A stretch of 64,000 bases of DNA. Origin: Eledone cirrhosa (Eukaryota). Shown here one piece after another: positions 12,401-24,400 of this stretch. The notes under the pieces were generated by a model, which was not told where the DNA came from, ran no database searches, and saw only the letters and a list, made by a program, of their open reading frames with translations. Position numbers and translations under genes: made by a program. Each line of letters begins with the position of its first letter. Positions within the stretch are counted from its first letter, which is position 1. The DNA lies in NCBI GenBank assembly GCA_964016885.1, contig OZ024745.1, positions 71,734,001-71,798,000 on the forward strand, given 5' to 3'.

Positions 12401-15400
12401 GAGTTTAGGATGCCCATGGCAACTCCTATATGCGGATGAAGAAGAAATTCCAAACATAGAAGCAGGGACTAGAAAGAGAGGGTCTCAAAGTCAACCTGAC
12501 AAAGACTAAGGTCCTTGTAAGTAGACGAGAAAACAGAACCCAGATCCCCTCAGGGAAATGGCCTTGCTCAGTATGTAGGAAAGGTGTAGGTAGGAACTCC
12601 ATCCTCTTCCCCAAATGCAAACAATGGGTACACAAGAGATGTAATGGGATTTCAGAAAGCTTAACTAAAAATGTAGGCTTCATATGTAGCAGCTGCGCTG
12701 GGACAGCAAGCATCAAATGACCACAGGCAACAAGCATCATCAAATTCTGGGAGGGCTCTGTAGAAACAGTAGACAGCTTCTGCTACCTAGGTGACCGAAT
12801 TAGCAGCGGAGGTGGGTGTTCAGAAAGTACAATAACTAGGGTAAGAACGGGATGGAAGAAGTTCAGGGAACTACTGCCACTGCTAACTGCAAAAGGCTTT
12901 TCCCTCAAAATGAAAGGCAGACTGTATGATGCGTGTATACAAACAGCAATGTTACATGGAAGTGAAACCTGGGCGTTGTCTGTGGAAGACTTGCGCAGCT
13001 TAGAAAGAAACGAAGCTTGCATGCTCCGATGGATGTGTAATAGTAATATATGTGAACGGCAAAGTGGTCGTGGAGGTGCCACAGCAAAAAAGCACCCAGC
13101 CCACACTGTAAAGTGGATGTGTAGGCGCCACGGAAAAAAAGCACCCACCACTCACTGTAAATGAGGTTGGTGTTAGTAAAAGGCATCCAGCTGTAGAAAT
13201 CAAGCCAGAATCAGTTCCTGTATGAGCAAGACAACGTCAGCCAACTGGACACTGCTCGCACCAGGACAGCCCGTCTAACCCATGCTAGCATGGAAGAACG
13301 AACGTAAAACGGTGATGATGATGATTGAGCATGACATGAATTACAGGTACAACTCATTTTTGCCAGCTGTATTCATGGTTAATTCATCCAAGACTTCCTA
13401 TTGTAAGGGAATTTCCTTATTTCATTATTCATAATTTCATGCTAATTAAAATTGATGCAACTAAAACTCACTGTTGTAAAGGGATTCCTTTATTTCATTT
13501 ACCTTAATTACATTAAAACTCACCTGGAGAAATGTGAATGCAACACTAGATGCTGTGAGACTCATTTACCTTAATTACATTACTACTTTCCTGGAGAGGT
13601 GTGAATGCCACACTGGATGCTGTGAGACTCATTTACCTTAATTACATTACTACTTCCCTGGAGAGGTGTGAATGCCACACTGGATGCTGTGAGACTCATT
13701 TACCTTAATTACATTACTACTCACCTGGAGAGGTGTGAATGCCACACTGGATGGTCTGAGACTCATCATCATCATCGTTTAACGTCCATATTCCACGCTT
13801 GCATGGGTTTGGACGGGAGTTTTCCCACTTGAGGCAAGAGTGGTTGTCTTGCTCGCATAGGACTGTCTGGCGGGTTTTCTAAAGCTGGATGCCCTTCCTA
13901 ACACCAACCACGTTTACAGTGTGGAACTGGGAGGTTTTTACCGTGTTACCTACACGGCCACATTACAGCGTGGACTGTGTGTTTTTTTGTCGTGACACCT
14001 ACACGACCTCATTTGTTTCGGGCTGGATGTTGTGGCACCAACATAACTTTACATTGAAAGGGGTGGTGTGGATGGGGTGGGGGTAGTGGGACGGGGGGTG
14101 TATTTTGTTAGAGGTGGCTACTGACTGTAGTAGGTTTCACTTTGTACTTAGGTAAGGCGGGTCTTCTCTATTACTGTGTAGCGCCAAAGATCTCGGTCCA
14201 GTGACATTGTCTTGGAGAGGTGTAAGTGTGTGAGGTCGGAATTTATCAAGTCGTCCCAGGTTTTTCTGGGTCTGCCTTCTCCGTGGCTACCGTCTATTTT
14301 TATTGCCCTGCACTTTTTTATACAGCTGTCGTCTTTCATGCGCATCACGCGACCATACCAACGTAGTCTTCTCTCGAGTAAACAACATCTGATCCCTCTT
14401 ATTTCTAATTTTTCCCTTAGTTCGTTTATGCTTTGCCGTTCACGTATATTACTATTACACATCCAGCGGAGCATGCAAGCTTCGTTCCTCTCCAGTCTGC
14501 GTATATCCTCTGCACACAATGTCCAGGTCTCACTGCCATGCAACATTGCTGTTCGTATGCAGGCATGATACAGCCTGCCTTTCATTTTTAGGGAGAACCC
14601 ATTAGCGGCTAATAGTGGTATAAGCTCTCTGAACTTTTCCATCCAGTTCTGACTCTAGCTACTGTACTTTCAGAGCACCCTCCCCCACTGCTGATTTTGT
14701 CACCCAGGTAACGGAAGCTGTCCACTATTTGTATAGAACTATCTGTGCAATGGAATGAGCTAGTATTCTGTGGGCACTTGCTGCTACTTATTGCACCAGA
14801 GCACCGGCCACATATAAAATCTATGTTCTTAGTTAGCTTACCTGTGATCCCACTACATCTTTTATGCACCCATACTTTGCATTTGGGACATAAAATGGAG
14901 TTTCTACCTACTCCTTTTCTACACACTAAGCATGGCCATTTCCCGGATGGGACCGGCGCCCTATTTTCCTTCCTACAAACTAGAACTTTAGTCTTAGACA
15001 GGTTAATTTTAAGGCCTTTTGATTCTAGGCCATGCTTCCATGTTTGGAATTTCTTCTCTAGTTCGGCCATTGATTCAGCTATGAGCGTTAGATCATCTGC
15101 GTATAGGAGTTCCCATGGGCAGCCGGTCTTGAACTCCACTGTTATAGCCTGAAGGGCAATAATAAATAGTAGGGGGCTAAGAACGGAGCCCTGATGAACA
15201 CCAACTTTTACGCTAAACTCTTCACTATATTCGTTGTTAATTCTAACCTTGCTGACTGTTTCATTATACATGGCTTGTATAGCTCTCACAAGCCATTCAT
15301 CAACACCTGGTTTTCTAAGAGCCCACCAGATAATGGAATGGGGGACTCTGTCGAAGGCTTTCTCCAAGTCGACAAAAGCTAAGTATAGGGGTTTACTTTT

Positions 15401-18400
15401 AGCTAGGTACTTCTCCTGTAGTTGTAGTACAATGAAAAGAGCGTCTGTGGTACTTTTACCTGACACAAACCCGAACTGCATTTCATCTAGATCAATTCTC
15501 TCTCTGATTAGTTGCGCTATTACTTTTTCTGTGACCTTCATGACCTGGTCGATTAATTTAATGCCTCTATAGATACCCCTATCTAGGGCATCTCCTTTAC
15601 CTTTGTAGCAGTTAATGATGATGCTGCTACGCCAGTCCTTTGGAACAACCCCATTCTGTATGACTTGGTTTACTATACGGGTGACCATGGTGTGTCCCAC
15701 CATTCCAGAAGCTTTCAGCATTTCAGCAACTATTTCTGAAGGCCCAGCCGCCTTACTCGTCTTCATATCTTTGATTGCCTTACTTATTATACTACCTTCG
15801 ACTAACACTACTGGTCCCTCTATTGGGTCGATGTGGGGAAGACTGTCTTTCTCCCATTTATTCTCCTCATTTAGTAGCTTTCGTAGTGACACTTCCAAGC
15901 TACCTTCTTATCAGCGTTAGTGATGGCAAGTACACCATCATCATTAAGGACACACTTCTCCCCGACAATATCACGGTTTTCCTTGACACATTGCCTAGCA
16001 ATCCTGAACACCTTACGTTTTTGGTCCTCGCGTTGTAGAACATGCTTGAACTTTCTTTCCTCTGCTTCCCTTTTTGCGAAGAACACATGTCTCCTAGCTT
16101 CCCTCCTGGCCCAGTTTTCTCTACTTCCCCCATCCCGCCATACTTTCCAAGCCTGCTTTTTGGCCTTAATTGACTCCTCCACCTTACTGTTCTACCACCA
16201 TCTTACTCTCCTCCTGCCTATAGGCCTGTTCCAGCCACAGACTTCGTCTGCTGCCATCAGCAGGTTTGCTTTCAGGAATTCCCACTGTTCCTCTATATTG
16301 TACGACTCTAAATGCTCTTCCTTACTGTCGAAAGCATCAGGTAATATGTTTTTAAATTTATTTCTGGCTCTGGGGTCCTTTAGCTTCCATATTTTTCTCC
16401 TGAGGATAGTCCTCTTCTGCTGTCGAGTATGTCTCGTCCTGACTATGAGGTCGCTAATTATCAGTCTATGTTGGGAGGTTCATTCTTCATGGGGGAGGGA
16501 TTTAGTGTTTACAACAGACACTGTCACATCTTCTGGTAAGGATATAATCTACCTGGCTGGTATGTTCCCCTGATCTGCAGGTAATCAAGTGATTGTCTCG
16601 TTTTTTGAAGTTAGTGTTACAGATAGTTAGGTTATTTGCGTCACAGAATTCCAGGATTCTGGAGCCTTCATCATTTCTAGTATCAAACCCATAGCCTCCG
16701 TGGATTCCGTCATAGCCGTCACAATGTTGTCCAACGTGACCATTTAGGCCGCCAGCAATAATTATATAGTCACTGTCGGTTATTTGGGAGGCAGTGAGCA
16801 TCAGTGTCTCATAGAATCTGTCTTTTATAGCGCCAGGCAGTCTGGATTGGGGCGCGTACGCAGATATTACTGTCACAGTAGTTCTATTTAGAACAAGTCT
16901 TATTTTAATTATTCTGTCATTCACTCTATTTACGTCTATTATCTTATCCACCCATTTTTCTGCTAACATGATTCCTACCGCACCCAGCCCAGTCATTTCC
17001 CACCCAGAAAAGCTTATAGCATCGTTTTTTACCCACAATGAATCTAGCAGACCCGCCCCTCCACCTGGTCTCTTGGATACAGCAAACATCAACCTCTTTA
17101 TGTTCAATCATTTCTACAACCTCGTTAGAGCGGCCTTTTAAGGTGCCTACATTCAAGGTACCAACTCTGAAGTTTTGGATTGCGTTTGGTGGGTGGGGCG
17201 CAGGGAGGGGTGAGGGTTATATTGGCCATCCATGGCCGCAACAAAGAGGAGGGGGCCTTGCCCTTTCGTCCGGCAGCATGAGGTGAATTTGTCGTTGTCT
17301 TTGGCATTGTCTTCGAGTGTCCAGATTCTTCAGACTCTCCAGAAATTCCTTAGTCCATCCATCATATCGAAAAGCAGCCAGAAGTGATAGCATAGGCCGT
17401 TGACTTGTGATTGGTCCAAATAATAAAGGTGGAGAGTGGGGGCGGGCGTGAGGGGTATGGGGTAGTTAGCGAGGAGAAGATTATTTAGAACAGTCAGACA
17501 GAATTATAGAATAGCAATTAAGAAGTAGGATTTGGATTCTGGGCGATTATAGATATATGGATGAATGAATCGAAGGGTGGGGAGACAAGAAGAAAATATT
17601 TTTACATTACATTTCGTAGAAGTGGACTGACCATTAATAAGAGTTGACAAATTCTGAGATTCGTCCCTCGTAACAGGTTTATTTATATTTGGTGCGAGTA
17701 GGGAGTGAGAGAGAGAGAGAGAGAGAGGGACGTATATGATAGAGAGAGGGGGGGGGGTGATAGCGATTTAGAGGGCCGAGAGAAGCCATTTTTATGAATC
17801 CTGGAAAATTTTTCGGCCAAAATGGTAGCGAGGAGGAGATTATTTAGAACAAGCGTGGAGAAGATTATTTAGAACAGTCAGACAGAATTATAGAATAGCA
17901 ATTAAGAAGTAGGATTTGGATTCTGGGCGATTATAGATATATGGATGAATGAACCGAAGCTGTGGGGAGACAAGAAGAAAATGTCATTTTTACATTACAT
18001 TTCGTAGAAGTGGACTGACCATTAATAAGAGTTGACAAATTCTGAGATTCGTCCCTCATTTACCTTAATTACATAACTACTCGTCTAACCCATGCTAGCA
18101 TGGAAGAACGGACGTAAAACGGTGATGATGATGACTCACCTGGAGAGGTGTGAATGCCACACTGGATGCTGTGCCAGCTATTTGTCTTTTCACAGTTGTA
18201 CTTCCTCCCCAAACTTGGTTCTGCTTCTGAAGTTTTTGCTGTAGAAAACAATACACAAAACAGTTCAACACACATTAGCTATAGAAGTGTTATTCTCAAT
18301 AGTTTTCTTTTTACCAATGCTAACATTTGTAAGACAATTATTTTTTAATTCTGGAATCTGGACATTTATACAGTGTTGCAGAATATTATCATTAACCCTT

Positions 18401-21400
18401 TTGTTAGCAAATTTCTAATGAAACAAATATTTGAAGAGATTTAATAAAATAAATAATTTTATTATTCTTGGCAGAGCTGTTATGTTAGAAAATGGGTTGC
18501 AGGTGGCAGATAGCAATATGGCCACTAGATATGATGGTTAGTGACAATATAAGCAGGCTCCTGCTGGATGAATAAGTAACCCTGGACTAACAGTGGAAAA
18601 CTATCAGGGGAGATGGAGCAATGGGTGATACTGTTAGCTCCCAAGAAAAACTCTCACAACCCAGTGATGTAGATACAATAAAGAGAGTAAAGGTCACATG
18701 TAAAAAGCCTAGTAATCACAAGTTTGAGAAAAGTACTAGATTGGTGACTAGTGTGAATAAGACCACCAACACTGCAATATGGTGAGAGTTAACAAAAACA
18801 ATCATACCACATAGTCCTTTGTGTGGATTAACAAAGGATGCATTCAGGCCGTAGGCAGAGGGGCCTGTTAAAAAAATATAATGTAGACTCCATCTCATGT
18901 TGCAAGATCAGAGACAGAGGAAGAGCAAAGGAGATGAAAAAAGAAAGAAAGGGAAGGATATGAAATGAGGGAGAAAAAGAAGAGAGAAAACGTGAAGAAG
19001 GAGATAAGAAAAAGGGAGAAAGCGAAAAGAATGAGAAAGAGAGAGGGTTTGAAAGATTCTTACTTGTAGTGTTTTGGAGATTCTTGCTTTGGTTTTAGAA
19101 TCTACGACAGGTCCTCTAACTCTGCCAGATTTGGAGCGTTTGATATTTCCTAAAGAGAAACCAAGATCTTCTTGGTAGGCATCTTCCTCAATCTAGTAAA
19201 AAATAAATAAAAAAATAATTTATTTTTATTAAAAAACAATTCAAGAAACTGAAAAGAATGATGGCCTGAATAGATTTTTGTTAATGAAAATCAATTAAAA
19301 TACAAAATGTAACTCTAGCTGACATCCAACCAAGTCACTTCAGCCACAAACCAATAATAATGCAAGGGATGGAAAATATCCAAATACTTGGATGTGACTG
19401 ACCACTTCCTTTTTGTGCCAGTTACCATTGAGATCTTTGATGTCTTCATACCCTGAACTGCCATTTTCCTCTGCAAAATCGAGAGGAATGCATCCCATTT
19501 GAGAAAGGAGCCCCGAGAGGTGGAGTGGTTGATTGACTGGGTGTCGCTAGCTGTTCTTCAAAGCAATACTTTTGCTATCTTGTCTGCAGAGCACAGAGAG
19601 ATATGCTGTTTAGCAAGAAGTGTAGAGTCTGCTCTTCTAATCCTCTTATTTAATGTTTTTTCTCTCATTCTGTTTATCAAGTGAAATATTTATATAAATA
19701 TAATTTCTAACTAATGTAAAAAAAAAAACAAAGAAAAATTAAACTGTTATCTATTACTTATGCCTATATACACCACCACCATCATTTTCTCTCCAATTAG
19801 ACTTAGCTGTTATTCACAACACTCTTCTAGTCTATTACCAACCACGACACCTATACTGCTCAACTTCCTACTAATTGACCACTTAGTTGTCCTTGTGGAA
19901 CCAGAACTAATTACTAAGTTAATATCTTTTTGTCTTTAAGGTATAATTTTAACTGTTTAAAAACCAACACAAAAACATCAATGTAAAAAAAAAACCCCAC
20001 AAAAACTAGAAAGAGTGATTGACCCTTTTGTGACAATATGTCTTATGAAATATACTACTCAATAAATTTTTAGAAAATTCATGAACTGGGAGGAGTTTTA
20101 TGAAATAGCTAAACACATCTAATATAATGTTGGTAGATTTCAATATAAGCTTTAAGACAAATGGTTTTATATCATAGAAGCAGGGTTGGTCGTGGATGGG
20201 GTTGGTACCATTATACTTCATAAATACAATACAAAAGTATAACATGAAACTCACTTCACCAAAATTCATTCTATTACCAAGTTTTCTTATTTCTGTCAAT
20301 CCAAGACGTTCTTTCATTTTCCTTGCTCTGTAAAATAGAATAAACATTATCATCATTATTAGAAAATCATTATCATACATTAAGGCTCTGCTGTCTTGCA
20401 ACTGACTTTGTAGGCACCCACAAAATTATTAACCATCTTGCCAACAACAACCTTGAGCACCATTTCGAATTCCATGTGGCTAACACACGTGGGCATGCTT
20501 ATAAAATCCGAAAACAGCACAGCTCCCACGACTTTCAGAAACATTGTTTTACACTCAAGAGTTGCTGAAGCATGGAACAAACTACTTGCATCAGTTGTTA
20601 GCTGTCGGGACACTGCATCCTTCAAAGCTTCCATGCTTCTCGAAATTCGCCAACACTACACCTGATATTCTGCCTCCATACACACATACGTATGTGTCTG
20701 TGTGTATATCATGATACACACACTGTTCACTTTCCTGACATTTGTACATTATTCTATGTACTATACATGTACTTTTGATGAGTTGTAGTGCACCTGAGCA
20801 CTACACAATTTTCATTATTATTATATTATCATCATTATCACTATTTTATGTCTATTTTCTATGTGTGATTGTTATGTTCTGAGGCAAGACAGGTCAGGTC
20901 ACCATTTCTTGCTCATACAATACACTTTTAAGTTAGTTATCTATGGCGGGATGTCCTTCCTAATGCCTTACAGAGTCAACTAGGTGCTTATATTTGTGGT
21001 AATAACACTACCACCTTACAACATATTTTGGGTGAATTTGTTCTGGAACCAGTACAATCATCTTACAGAGTGGACTGGGTGCTTTTTGTTGTGGCACCAG
21101 TATGATCACCTTACAGGGTGGACCAGGTGCTTTAATCATCATCATCATCATCATCACCGTTTTACGTCCGTTCTTCCACGCTAGCATGGGTTAGATGGGT
21201 TGTCCTGTTGTGGGCAGTGTCTGGTCGGCTGACCATGCCTTGCTCATACAGGAACTGATCTGGCTTGATTTCTACAGCTGGATGCCCTTCCTAACACCAA
21301 CCTCATTTACAGTGAGTGCTGGGTGCTTTTTCGTGGCGCCTACACGTCCACTTTACAGTGTGGGCTGGGTGCTTTTTTGCCGTGGCACCTCCACGACCAC

Positions 21401-24400
21401 CTTGCGGTGGGGGGAGTGGGGGCATATTGTTTATATGCTTCAGCATGTACCCATGGGAGGTCGGGTACCCTGTATTACTGCGTGACGCCAGAAGTCGCGG
21501 CCGTGTGTCATTGTCTTTGAGAGGTGTAGTTGGGTAAGGTCGGCTTTTATCACCTCATCCCAAGTCATCTTGGGTCTCCCCACTCCGCGGTTTCCATCAA
21601 CTTCTAGTGCTCTGCACCTTTTTATGCAGCTGTCATCCTTCATACGCATCACATGTCCATACCAGCGTAACCACCTCTCCTGCACGCAGCATTTGATTCC
21701 TCTTATGCTCAGTCTCTCTCTCAATTCCTTTATGCTTTGTCGTTCACGTATATTACTGTTACACATCCATCGGAGCATGCAGGCTTCGTTTCTCTCTAAT
21801 CTACGTAAGTCTTCCACCTTCAGCGCCCAGGTCTCACTACCATGCAACATCGCTGTTCGGATACACGCATCATACAGTCTGCCTTTCATTCTGAGGGAGA
21901 AGCCTTTTGCAGCTAGCAGTGGTAGTAGTTCCCTAAACTTCTTCCATCCCGTTCGTACCCTAGTTATTGTACTTTCTGAGCACCCACCTCCGTTGCTAAT
22001 TCGGTCACCTAGGTAGCAGAAGCTGTCTACTGTTTCTACAGGGCCCTCCCAGAGATTGGTGGTACTTGTTTCCTGTGGCTGTTTGCTTGCTGTTTCAGCA
22101 CAGCTGCTGCGTGTGAATCCTACATTCTTAATTAAGCTTCCTGAGATCCCGCTACATCTCTTGTGTACCCATTGTTTGCATTTGGGGCAGAGAATGGAGT
22201 TCCTACCTACACCTTTCCTACATACTGAGCAAGGCCATTTCCCTGAGGGGATCTGGGTTCTGTTTTCTCGTCTACTTACAAGGACCTTATTCTTTGTCAT
22301 GTTGACTTTGAAGCCCTTTCTCTCTAGTCCCTGCTTCCAGGTTTGGAATTTATTCTCTAGTTCTACCATAGATTCAGCTATGAGTGCGAGGTCATCAGCA
22401 TACAGGAGTTCCCATGGGCATCCGGTCTTAAACTCCTCAGTTATTGCCTGCAGGACTATGATGAACAGGAGAGGGCTAAGAACAGAGCCCTGGTGGACCC
22501 CAACCTGTACGCTAAATTCCTCGCTATACTCATTGCTAATCCTAACTTTGCTGACTGCTCCCCTATACATGGCTTGTACCGCTTTCACAAGCCATTCATC
22601 TACTCCTAGTTTTCTAAGAGCCCACCAGATTACCGCACGTGGAACTCTGTCAAAGGCTTTCTCAAGGTCGACAAATGCCAAGTAGAGTGGCTTACTTTTA
22701 GCTAGGTACTTTTCCTGTAATTGCCTCACAAGGAAGAGGGCATCAGTGGTGCCTCTCCCTGGTACAAACCCAAATTGCATCTCGTCTATATTCACCCGGT
22801 CCCTAATCAGCTGTGCTATAACTATTTCTGTTACTTTCATGACCTGGTCCATCAACTTTATACCTCTATAGTTTCCTCTATCTAGTGCATCGCCTTTACC
22901 TATGATGCTACTGCACCAATCTTTTGGTATGGCCCCTTCTAGTATTACCTGGTTAACGATACGTGTGGTTATAGTGTGACCTACAGACCCAGATGCCCTC
23001 AGCATCTCGGCAGCTATACCCGATGGACCGGTTGCCTTCCCCATCTTCATATCTCTGATTGCCTTACTTACTACGCTGCCGCTGACTTGTACTGCTGGTC
23101 CCTCTATAGGGTCTACTTGGGGTAGGGTCTCTTCTTCCCATGCATTCTCCTCATTTAGTAATCTATCATAATGACTCTTCCATGCATCTTTCTTCTCAGC
23201 ACTTGTGAGGGCAAGCTCACCTTTATCATTCCGGATACACTTCTCTCCAATGACATCACAACTATCTCTGACACACTGCCTCGCAATCTTGAATACCTCC
23301 TGTTTCTGGTCCTCACGTTGTAAAACATGCTTGAATTTTCTATCCTCTGCTTCCCTCCTAGCTAAGTATACTTGTCGCCTAGCTTTCTCTTGGTCTCTAT
23401 GTAATGTACCCTGCTTCCCCCGTTCTTCCATTCTTTCCATGCCTGTCTCTTGGCCTTGACTGCTTCATCTACCTTATTGTTCCACCACCAAGTCACTCTC
23501 CTCCTGCTTGAGGTCTTACTCCAGCCACAAACCTCATCCGTCGCCTCTAGTAAGTTATTTTTTAGTAGTGAAATCATTGCTTTTATTATTATAGCACAAT
23601 CAACCACATTACAGAATGAACTGGGTCCTTTTTTCTTGTGGCAGGAAGATGGCTATAAAATCATTTTTGAAGAGAAAATGTTTTGAATTAAAAATGAAAA
23701 TTTAAGACAGAGATTTGTAATTCAGTCCATCACAGACTTTTGAGAAAATTCTGAGTAAATTAAACAGTGAATTTGTTGCTCTTGTAGTTTTCTATATATT
23801 TTCCTTTTTAACTCTTTTGTCACTGTGTTTCTAATGAAAAACACAGTCTATGATTTTCAAATTCTTTTGAAAATAATCAAGAATTTGAAGAGATTTTTAA
23901 AAGTAATCAACTTTTTTTCATTATTAAGCTGACCTGAGTGGGACAAAAATGTTTTGCAGTATTTCGCTATAATTTTCTATATTCTGAGTTCAAATCCCAC
24001 TGAAGTCATCCATCCTTTTGAGGTCAATAATTAAAGTACCAGTCAAGTACTGGGGTCAATTCTTCTTCTATCTCTTTCTTTGGAAGAAATCGATTGCGTT
24101 CTGACCTGGAGAGAAATGGGCTCTGCCAGGTTTAAAATGTTGATGCACATATGACTCCATTAAAAGTTAAGAGCCCTTCGACTTTTTACCTCTTTCTTAC
24201 ACATACCCCACCACCATGCAAAATACATAATTATATTTTCTTACCTGCGACCACCACGTTTCTTACGAGGAGGATCAATGGGAGCAGGTAATGGTTTGAC
24301 ATGCTTATATTTGTGAGGTTCCATCAATTTGTCTAATTTGTGCTCAATTTCTGCTTTTAGGGTTTCTCCAACATGGCCATCCTGGCTTTCATGGAAGCTG

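Noticed and set aside
19426-19470. 45-nt in-frame cryptic exon in PRPF31
   Set aside because: Splice-like signals only; it would interrupt the conserved FGE-IEED motif.
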